Shown one piece after another: positions 54,465 through 64,000 of a stretch of DNA of 64,000 bases; position 1 is the stretch's first letter, and each line of letters starts with the position of its first letter. Both the position numbers and the translations under genes were made by a program. The DNA is from Histomonas meleagridis 2922-C6/04-290x (lineage: Eukaryota > Protista > Parabasalia): NCBI GenBank assembly GCA_020184695.1, contig JAANOX010000271.1, positions 186,001 through 250,000 on the forward strand, read 5' to 3'. The notes beneath the pieces were generated by a model. That model searched no databases, had not been told where the DNA came from, and worked only from the letters and a program-made list of their open reading frames with translations.

Positions 54465-57091
54465 CTATTTCTGTTTATTAGATGCTCTCATAATTTCTTT
54501 ATAAAATAAATTGAATAATCTTCAAATATTATTTTGAAATATTAAATTGTTAAAACAAAATTCAAATAAAACGAATGAATATCTTTAGCATTAATATCAA
54601 TTCCTTTTTGTTCAAGAAGTAATTTAACTATTTCTGTATGACCTTTTTCAGATGCTTTCATAAGTGCTGTTTTAAATAATTTAAATAATTTCCAAATATT
54701 ATTTCGAAATAGAACATTATTAAAATAAATATTAAATAAAACAAAGAAATATCTTTAGCATTAATATCAATTCCTTTTTGTTCAAGAAGTAATTTAACTA
54801 TTTCTGTGTGACCATTCCAAGATGCTTTCATAAGTGCTGTCCATAATAATTTAAATAATTTCCAAATATTATTTCGAAATATCAAATTATCAAAATTAAT
54901 ATCATCTTTAGCATTAATATCAATTCCTTTTTGTTCAAGAAGCAATTTAACTATTTCTGTATGACCATTCCAAGATGCCATCATAAATGCTGTATTAAAT
55001 TATTTAAATAATTTCCAAATATTATTTTGAAATATTAAATTATTAAAATAAATCCAAAATAAAACAAATAAATTTTATCACTGGCATTAACATCAATTCC
55101 TTTTTGCCCAAGAAGTAATTTAACGATTTTTATTTTATGATATGTAGATGCCCACATAAGTGCTGTTTTAAATATCTCAAATAATTTCCAAATATTATTT
55201 CGAAATATCAAATTATCAAAATTAATATCATCTTTAGCATTAATATCAATTCCTTCTTGTTCAAGAAGTAATTTAACTATTTCTGTATGACCATTTTCGT
55301 ATGCGTGAATAAGTGCTGTTTTAAATAATTTAAATAGATTCCAAATATTATTTTGAAATAAAAAATTATTAAAATAAATCCAAATTAAAACATAGAAATT
55401 TTATCTTTAGCATTAATAACAATTCCTTTTTGTTCAAGAAGTAATTTAACTATTTCTGTGTGACCATTTCGAGATGCTAAAATAAGTGCTGTTTCAAATA
55501 TCTTAAATAATTTCCAAATATTATTTTGAAATATCAAATTATTAAAATATATCCAAAATAAAACAAATGAATATTTTTAGCATTTACATCAATTCTTTTT
55601 TGTTCAAGAAGTAATTTAACGATTTCTATGTTACCATTACAAGATGCATAGATAAGTGCTGTACAAAATAATCTAAATAATTTCCAAAAATTATTTTGAA
55701 ATATTCTGAAATCATTAAACCAAACATAAAATAAAATAAATTTATAGCTTTAGCATTTACATCAATTCCTTTTTGATCAAGAAGTATTTTAACTATTTCT
55801 ACACGATTATGCCAAGAAGCCCAAATAAGTGGAGTCAAAAATATCAAAAAATAAAGCCAAAGTTTTAAACTCGAATATAAATACTTTAAATATACTTTAA
55901 AACAAAATAATGTACATTTTTTTCATTAATATCATATCCATTTTGTCTAATAATAAAATTTACAAGTTCTAAATTATATGATTCCAAAGCATAAAACAAA
56001 AAATCGTCTGGAATTTTGTTGTATTCCAAAAAATTTTGAACAAGAAACAAATTTCCTCTTTTTGCAGATTCATTAATTATATTTTTATTGATTTCCATTC
56101 CTTCTTCTAATAAAAATGAGAAAATTTCATAAGCAAAAAACTCAATACATTTTTTCCCTAATTTTTTTAAATTATTAAAATTTTCAATATTATTTTCATA
56201 AAGATATTTAAAGATATCATTTTGATGAAAAATAATTGCTGCTTCATATGAACCTTTAAATGATGAATGATTTTGTTCACATAAATGAATGATTTCTTCA
56301 TTTCCACCTGCAACTGCATATTTTCCTGTGTTTTCTACTTTTGCATTATTCATAATTAAATATTTAAAACATTTAACTGATCCAAAAAATGCTGCATAAT
56401 CAATTAATGAAACATTTTGTGTATTAATGAATGAACATCTTTCATAAAGTGATGGTTTTATTATTTGATCAAAATCAAAGTTTTTTAGTGATGACATTTC
56501 TTGAAGTTTTTCGATTTCATCATTTCGAATTATTTTAGCTAATTCATTTGGATTATGTCCTTCGTTAATATATTTCTTATGAAGTTCCCAATCATTCTTT
56601 TTTAATTCTTTTATATTGTCATAAAAGCTTTTGTAATTTCCATTATATTTTCCTTCTGAAATATAATGTGAAAAATATGGTGTTCTTTTGTTTTTTAAAA
56701 TTTCTGGATTAATTGATATAGTTTTGTTTTGGAGCAACTTTTCATAAAGATAATTTGATTCTTGTGTATTATATTTTTTCTCTAAAAACGTAACAAAAAT
56801 ATTTCTGATTTTATCATTCAAATTACTATAAATTTCATTTTCTTTTATTTCAAGAGTTTTCAAATATTCAAAACATATATCACAAAAGCCTTTTTTAACA
56901 AAATATGAATACGTAATTGAACAAATGATAAGATTAAATGAATATGAATTTTCTTGATCAAAATATTTTAATGTTGCTTCCACTGTTTCCAATATATTAT
57001 CATCATTTAATTCAAAAATGATTTGTTCAAGGCACTTACACATTTGGAGATTTTCGTAGGTTTTATTTGTTTGACTTTGAAAACTTCCCAT
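54465..57091 (-). CDS. ANK locus D: DUF3447-like + 8 full ankyrin modules; one ORF only after removal of 34 17-nt spacers
   Basis: Open from ATG 57091 (Inr TCATTT upstream; in-frame ATG also at 57127) to 55916, then eight 90-nt stop-free modules. Linkers decode to KIGL, YQNGC, WDGE, KWFGK, DDGK, KWNGN, DDGW, NSGK and ENEY; stop TAG at 54467-54465. The joined model is inferred. Confidence 0.8.
54501..55915 (-). other. Array of 17-nt non-canonical spacers flanking single-codon micro-exons (locus D)
   Basis: Linker lengths 80, 83, 80, 83, 63, 83, 63, 80, 80 equal 4x17+12, 4x17+15 or 3x17+12. Confidence 0.9.
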
Positions 57092-57898
57092 TACAAAAAA
57101 TGAAATTAGAAAAACCTTTTTTTTCATTAAATTTTGAGATGTTTACATATCATTTGAAGTTGGAATCTCATTTTGTATCATTTATGGTAAGTTATAGAAA
57201 ATTTACATTGTCTCAATAAATCATGAAGTTAATACAGACATTAATATTTAATTTGTAGTGTTTTTCATCAGATTGCTGCCCACCGAGGCACATTAATTGT
57301 GCTGTTTAGTGATTATTGAATCAGAACGATCGTAACACCCTGTACATTTTGATAGATTTTTTATCCAAAATGAAAAACTCTATTTATTTTGAAAATCTAA
57401 TTAATTACATATATAATGAAATGAAAGATAAATAGGCAACTTGATAAAGTTTATAATTGAATAGCATTTAATCGTAAGCCGTTATAGTTCCAACCAATTA
57501 TCTTCTCAATTCATAAGATGATCAAAATGGATTGAATTTTTTATTAACGAATTTTAGATTCAAATAGGTTTCTCGAAATATGACTTTCTTTTTGACATAA
57601 CATTAACCAGCATATGTATTTAAATATCTTTTGAACAATTTTATTGATTTTGCGCAAAATTAGTTTTTTCATCATAATAAACCATTGAAAATTTTTTGTG
57701 TACATAATCAGCCGGCCAAATATTACAACAATAAGATTAATTTCGACTTAAAAACCGACTTTTTCATAGAAAATTATAGACATGTTCTATGAATGTCGAT
57801 TTTTCATTTGGTATCCAAACACAAACAATGAAATGAAATAGTATAAAAAAAAATATTTTTTATTTTGTTGAAACATAAAAATTTCATTAAAAATATTT

Positions 57899-59962
57899 TT
57901 ATTTACTTTTTTGTATTCTTAAGAATTTATTTGATGCGATTCCTGGTAATTCCTGTGGTATATCCACAGAGAAACCCGTTTCATCGTCATCTTCAAACGC
58001 CGCCTCTATTTCCTCTTCTATTCCGTCCATGTTTATAATTCTTGGGCCTATTTTCAAGAACGACGGCGGCTCGTTTGGGGTCATTATAACTTTATTAATT
58101 TGCAAATTATTTTTCGAGTTTTTCAACTTTTCTGCAGTTGGATGGACTGCTCCTATTGCAGATTTTGGTCTTTCCAAAGATATAACTTGTTTTGTCAATT
58201 GTATTTTATCTTTTTCATGTAATTCCCATTCCATAGTTTCTTTGTTATACACAGCTTGTTTCTTAATACGTTTTACTTCGTTTTTCGGAACGAAATTCTT
58301 CAAAATTAATTTATAACTTTCGACTTGTCGATTCAACAAATCGATTTGTAACGCAAGTTGTTCAGAGTCTTCTTGAAAAGCTTTTTGTACTTCTTCTTTC
58401 TTCGCCTTTAAATTCTTATATTCATGTACAGTTTCATGGAACTTATTATTAATTAATGTAACTTTCTCATTAATTGTTTTACATTGTTCAATCATTTGAT
58501 GTTTCTTTTGTTTCTTTTCTTGAAGTTCTTTTTCCATTTGTAATGCTCTTTCTTCTCTTTTCTTTAATTTCTCTTTAATTGCATTAATTTCTTCTTCATT
58601 CTTCTTCGTTTGTTCCATAAGTTTCTGACTTCCGCCAACTAAAAACTTGTTTAACTCTTGTAACCTTCCAAGGAATTTACTTTGTTTCGCTTTCTCAAGT
58701 TCGATTTTCTTCTTTCGTTCATCAAGTTTCTTTTGTAATGCATCACGTTCTTCTTGTGCTAAATGTGACGCTTGTGCTAATTGATTACGTTGCGCTTCAA
58801 GTTTCTTTTCCATTTCTTTAATTTCTTCTTCTGTAGGCGCGCGATTTATTGCGCCTCCATTTCCGCCGTTCTTTAATTGCTCTTGTAACATTTGAAGTTC
58901 TTCTTGATACTTCATTAGAAGTGCATCTTTAGGATCCATATTAACTTTAGGCTTGTTTTCGATTTTTTTGGCTCGTTCAGCATAACGTAATGTGCTTAAT
59001 GATTCACTAAAGTTATAATCAGCAGGACCTAACGTTGCAATCATTAATGTCTTAGCATTACCGCCAAGTGAATCACGTAATAACTTAGTTAACGATGAGT
59101 CGCGATATGGAATATGATGATGGCCACGAGTGGTCAAAGCTGAGATACAATTACCTAATATCATTAACGCATAGTTAATCGATGCGCCTTCTTTAAGCCC
59201 TTGGCCTTCTGCACCTGTTTTATATGCACGTTCGGATCCTGCTAAGTCAACTAAGTTTAAGCGCGCTTTACGAACATGTTGTCCACCTTCGATTTGTGTT
59301 AATGTCTCAATGACTATTGACAATATCGCATGTGAACGTGATGAGTCCTCATTCATATTGGTAGCGCGTGTGGTTCGATGCTTGGATCCTTCGGCTTGAA
59401 GGTTTAATAGATCGTCCATGGTCTGTATGTTACGTGAGGATACTCCTTTGATGTAAAATGAGCCGGCTGCTGGATCTTCATGGATTGTTAAATTGGATAC
59501 TTTATCAGCTGGAACTAATAAATCACGAACTTGCTCGTTGTAAAGTTCTACGTATGTGGCTGTTATGGAAAATTTATGAGAATCAGAATTTGCTGTCATA
59601 TAATCAAAAATGTGTTCAAAGGCACGAAATTCAATACCTCGATTTTTACCTTTGGTATCGCCTTCCATAGTAAAGGTTTTACCTGTACCTGTTTGACCAT
59701 AAGCAAAAATTGTACCGTTGTATCCTTCTAAAACACTATTAACTATAGGTGCAGCCGTGATTTCATAAATATCTTCTTGTGAACAATTATCAGGAAATGC
59801 AAAATCATATGTAAATTGTACTTCTGTTCCTTGCGGATTTGTAATATATGCACTTGCATTTTTCTGATCTATCCTCAAATCTTGTTTATAACCTTTTGCT
59901 ATTTCTTTGGAATTCATTGGACGAAGTCTAACAGCAACTTTTACTGCTTCGCGCGAGGACAT
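57899..59962 (-). CDS. Kinesin-2 (KIF3-like) motor protein
   Basis: GQTGTGKTFTM, NEDSSRSH, LVDLAGSERA, HIPYRDSSLTKLL, coiled-coil stalk. Confidence 0.93.
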   Translation of the reverse strand: MSSREAVKVAVRLRPMNSKEIAKGYKQDLRIDQKNASAYITNPQGTEVQFTYDFAFPDNCSQEDIYEITAAPIVNSVLEGYNGTIFAYGQTGTGKTFTMEGDTKGKNRGIEFRAFEHIFDYMTANSDSHKFSITATYVELYNEQVRDLLVPADKVSNLTIHEDPAAGSFYIKGVSSRNIQTMDDLLNLQAEGSKHRTTRATNMNEDSSRSHAILSIVIETLTQIEGGQHVRKARLNLVDLAGSERAYKTGAEGQGLKEGASINYALMILGNCISALTTRGHHHIPYRDSSLTKLLRDSLGGNAKTLMIATLGPADYNFSESLSTLRYAERAKKIENKPKVNMDPKDALLMKYQEELQMLQEQLKNGGNGGAINRAPTEEEIKEMEKKLEAQRNQLAQASHLAQEERDALQKKLDERKKKIELEKAKQSKFLGRLQELNKFLVGGSQKLMEQTKKNEEEINAIKEKLKKREERALQMEKELQEKKQKKHQMIEQCKTINEKVTLINNKFHETVHEYKNLKAKKEEVQKAFQEDSEQLALQIDLLNRQVESYKLILKNFVPKNEVKRIKKQAVYNKETMEWELHEKDKIQLTKQVISLERPKSAIGAVHPTAEKLKNSKNNLQINKVIMTPNEPPSFLKIGPRIINMDGIEEEIEAAFEDDDETGFSVDIPQELPGIASNKFLRIQKSK

Positions 59963-60384
59963 TCCAAAAATTAAACGTTAATGTTTCATAACGTTTTTTT
60001 CTGAACCACAAAAGTGCCAAAGCAAAGAGGTGATATCCAACAGTTAAAATACTTGTATAACAGTAAATCAATTTTGATAATGAATTTTTGTAAGGATCTC
60101 TTCACCAAAAAATTTAAAAATTGGGCTGGAACTCGGGGAAATCATGCAAGTATATATAAGGCATGTGATTTTTTTTGGAAACTATCATGGAACTCGAATT
60201 TATTGATTCAATTTAAAACAATCCCGGGAAGAAAAATTAAATTTCTGGAGGGAAATTTTCCTATTAGTGATTTTCTGGATGAGATCGCTGATTTTTTTGT
60301 CTGTTTTATCATGTTTGAGACAATTCACAGTTTAATTCTCATTATAATAAAAAAATAAATTTACAAAAATATTTATATACTCTA

Positions 60385-63300
60385 TCATTTCTTCTGCCAT
60401 AGTTCTCCAATCAATCTGAGTGCTGCAGAATGTTTTTCTTTTAGGATTTTATTTTTTTCTTTTTCATTCTTCAGTTGCATTTCCAGAATTTCGACTTTTC
60501 TGTTCAGTTCTTCATTTTCTTTTAATGTTATTTCTGTTTTCTGTTGGAATTTCTCACTTAAATTTAATGCATCGATTACAACTTTTCGATTCTTTTCATA
60601 TTTTGCTTTTAGTTGTTCAATTTTTTGTTTATCATTTGAATGTTTTGAGTTTTTAAGTGTTTCAATTTGTTGTTGAAGTTCATATATTTGTTTAGATTTG
60701 GAAGAATTATCTCTAAGTAACGATTGTATCATTGCTTCTTGTGTTGGTGCAGTTGAAAGTGTTTCAATTTTATTTTTTAATGTTTCATTTTCGTTTCGAA
60801 TTATTTCGTTTTGTTGCAATGTATTCTTAAGTATTGATGTTAACTTTTTAATTTTTACTTTTTGTTCATTATATTTATCAACAATTAAACGAAATTGATT
60901 TAAATCATTTTGTTGATTTTTAATTATTTGATTCAAATGTTTAATTTCTTCTATTTGAAGAATTTTTTCGTTTTGCGTTTTGTTATTATTATTTTGTTGT
61001 TGTTGTTGTTTAGCTTCAATCCATTTACGGAGTTCAATGATTTCAATGTTTTGTTTCTTGTTTTCTTTTTTTAGTACATTAATCAATTTTTGTTGTTGAT
61101 TTATTTTGGTTTCATTTTCTTTAATTTGATTTTGGAATTTCGTGATTTCGTTTTCATCAGAAATTTGTTCTTTTTCTGCTTTATCATAACTTTCGATTTG
61201 TTTCTTCAATGATAAAATTATTTTTCCTTCTTTGATGATTTTCTTGTTTAATTGTTCCTCTGTTTTATCTTTTTCGGATAATAACTTTTTAAGATTTGAA
61301 ATTTGAATTTGATTATTATTAACTTCTTCTTCTTTTTCTTTTTCAATTGTTTGAATTTTGTTTTCTTTTTCTTTTTCAAGTTTGATTATGTTGTTTTCGA
61401 ATTTTTGAGTCATTTCTTTGATTTCATTTTGCGATTCTGTTTTCTGTTTGTTGAGTAATTCTTCGAGTCTTTTGATTTCTTCTTCTTTTTCATTAATTAT
61501 TTGGCCAACATTTTCGACTTTTAAATTTAATTCATTTTGAAGTTTATCAAGTTTTGTTTTGTTATTGTTTTGTAATTTCTCTATTTCATTTGTATAATAA
61601 ACTTTTTCATTTTGCATTTTGTTAATTTCTGTTTCTTTTTCTTGTTGAAGTTTATTAATTTCTTTTTGATTCTGTTCTAAAATTGACTTAATTTTGTTTT
61701 CATTTTCATTTTGTATTTTTATTATTTCTGTTTCTTTTTCTTGTTGAAGTTTATTAATTTCTTTTTGACTTTGCTCTTTAATTGATTTAATTTTGTTTTC
61801 ATTTTCACTTTGTATTTTTATTATTTCTGTTTCTTTTTCTTGTTGAAGTTTATTAATTTCTTTTTGACTTTGCTCTTTAATTGATTTAATTTTACTTTCA
61901 TTTTCACTTTGTATTTTTATTATTTCTGTTTCTTTTTCTTGTTGAAGTTTATTAATTTCTTTTTGACTTTGCTCTTTAATTGATTTAATTTTACTTTCAT
62001 TTTCACTTTGTAATTTCTTAATTTCAATTTCCTTATCTTTTTGTAGTTTATTGATTTCTTTATGATTTTCTTGTTGAAGTTTTTTGATTTCTATTTCTTT
62101 TTCTTGTTGAAATTTAATAATTTCGTTTTGATTCTGTTCTAAAATTGATTTGATTTTGTTTTCATTTTCATTTTTTATTTTTTCGATTTCTGTTTCTTTG
62201 TCTTTTTTCAATTTATCTATTTCTGTTTGGTTTTCATTTTGTATTTTTCTTATTTCAGCTTCTTTTTCTTTTTGAATTTTCGTAATTTCTTTTTGATTTT
62301 GCTCTAAAATTATTTTAATTTTATTTTCGTTTTCATTTTGTATTTTTTGAATTTCTTTTTGATTTTGCTCTAAAATTATTTTAATTTTGTTTTCATTTTC
62401 TTCATTTTGCTTTTCAAGTTGCGCAATATTTTTTTCATATGTTTCAGATATTTTTATAATTTCCTTTTTAGAATCAGAATCATTTTTTATTTGTTCAATT
62501 AAATCTTTAATTTCGCATTGTAATTCTTTAATTTGTTCTTCTTTTTTATTGATTAAGTTCTGATTTTGTACATTTATTTCATCAATTGAATCTTTTAATT
62601 TTTTAATTTCATTTTTTTGCTTTTCTTCAATTTCTTCTAAAACTTTAATTTTACTTTTGAGCTCATTAATTTCTTCTTTTTGCGTTTTGTTTTTCTGTTG
62701 AATTTCATTGTTTTGTTTCATTAATTTACTTATTTCATTATTCGAATTATTAATTTCTAAATTTTGTTTTTCATTTGATTCTTTTAATGTTTTTTCTAAC
62801 TTTAATAACTTTTCATTTAAAACTTGAATTTCTTTTTCTTTTTCGTCGATTTTCTTATTATTTTCTTCAATTAGTTGTTTAAATTTTATAATTTTTTGCT
62901 TCTTTTTTTCTAATTTTATTAAATCTTTTTCTTTTTCTTCAATTTTTTGTTTATAATTTGTAATTTGTTGTTCTTTATTCTGATTTTCTTCTTTAATTTT
63001 TTGAATATCTTCTTTAAATTTATTTATTTCTTTAGTTTTTATATTAATTTGTTCATTTAATTCTTGAATTTTATTATTATTCGAACTATTATTAAGTTTT
63101 TGTTCATTTTCTAATGCTTCGATTTTGTTATTTAGTCTTTCGATTTGTTTATTATTTTCTTTAATTTTTTGGTTTTGATTTTCATTTAGATTTGAAAGTT
63201 TTTCAACTTTTTCATTCGATTCTTTAATTTCTATTTGAAGTTTATCGAATTCATTATATTTATTATTAAGAAGATTTTGTATTTTACTTTTTTGATCATT

Positions 63301-64000
63301 TAATTCTTCGATTTGCTTTTCGAATTTTTGTATTTTGTTTGAAAGTTCATTATTTTTATCGATTAAATCTGATATCTTTTTCGATGATTCGATTTGTTGA
63401 TTATTTGCAATTAAATTAATTTGTTCTTTTAACTCATTAATTTGCAAATTTAATTTTTTATTTTTTGATTCGAATTCCAAAAGTTCTTTTTCTTGTAATT
63501 CTTTTGTTAAGTTATTATTTTTTTCTAATTCTTTTATATTATCATTTAATGAATTAATAATTGAATTTTGTTCATTAATTTTTTGCTCTTTTTCTTGTTG
63601 AATATTATTTATTTTCGTTGTAAGTGTTTCAATTATTTGTTCTTTTTCTTTATTTAATGTATGAAGTTTTTGAATTTCATTTTTTAAATTTGTAATTTCG
63701 CTTTCGCTTGTTAATTTTATTTGTTTAATTTCTGTTTCTTTTTCATCAATTTGATTTTTTAACAAATTAATTTGCGAAATTTGTTTTTCAATGTCATTTT
63801 GAAGTTGTTTTATTTTATTTTGTAAAGTTTTAATCATTTTTTGTTCTTCGTTATTATTATTATTATTATTATTATTAATATTTTTTAAGTTTTTAATTTT
63901 TTCTTTCTTCTTCTGTAGTTTTTGTTTGATATCTTCAATAGTATTATAAGCTTCAACTAATTAATCTTCAGTTTTTTGTAAATTCTTTTTATTTTCATCC
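60385..64000 (-). CDS. Large coiled-coil protein, 5' part beyond the window; in-frame TAA at 63963-63961
   Basis: 1150-aa E/K/Q/N-rich ORF. The same frame is coding-like upstream of ATG 63837 to the window edge except for one TAA. Confidence 0.75.
61600..62400 (-). repeat. 99-bp (33-aa, 11-aa sub-period) coding tandem repeat ENENKIKSIKEQSQKEINKLQQEKETEIIKIQS
   Basis: Near-identical units visible at about 61700-62000. Confidence 0.85.

Noticed and set aside
54674-54730. Conserved hairpin as the defining signal of the linkers
   Set aside because: Imperfect inverted repeats exist in several linkers but not in 30324-30403, and they are expected by chance in A/T-only sequence.
54671-54750. One ~68-nt intron per linker, or a 9-nt ATATTTGGA micro-exon
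   Set aside because: A single intron cannot supply the Gly codon and has no GT-AG ends. The 9-nt exon gives TAA in linker 30494-30573. The 17+3 parse explains all linkers in loci A and D.
54501-55915. CRISPR-like repeat-spacer array
   Set aside because: The repeated units are protein-coding ANK modules, the context is eukaryotic, and no cas genes are present.
1-64000. Transposase, reverse transcriptase or dedicated processing enzyme for the spacers
   Set aside because: No such ORF is recognisable in the window. DCP2 lying next to locus A is not evidence of a link.

Overview
Very AT-rich eukaryotic DNA with compact, mostly uninterrupted genes. TCAYT Inr-like motifs, Myb-type promoter elements, DUF3447-like ankyrin paralogues and NPLF-tailed surface proteins point to a parabasalid (trichomonad-type) protist; this is inference and the species is not determined. 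Housekeeping content: a DASS/SLC13 transporter, a giant USP, a CAMK-like pseudokinase, 14-3-3, GT31, DCP2, MCM3, an HxxxD acyltransferase, GH47, a UBE3A-like HECT ligase, PI4K, an SMP-like protein, kinesin-2, a long coiled-coil protein, tRNA-Ile(TAT), tRNA-Glu(CTC) and several disrupted genes. Main discovery: four ankyrin (ANK) loci look like frameshifted junk in the ORF track. In fact their 90-nt ANK modules are joined by linkers of the form [17-nt U-rich spacer + one codon] x 3-4. Removing the 17-mers leaves the residues of the ankyrin beta-hairpin (D-x-x-G-x-T, e.g. KD-NSGK-TAL, KN-WDGE-TAL, KD-DDGW-TAL, RN-KGGS-TAL) and gives continuous ORFs at 28467-31730 (+) and 57091-54465 (-). Those two loci contain 61 spacers of 17 nt, and only one has GT...AG ends. 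This suggests an apparently undescribed non-canonical micro-intron / single-codon micro-exon (or ribosome-hopping) system. The removal is inferred from DNA only and has not been shown at RNA or protein level.
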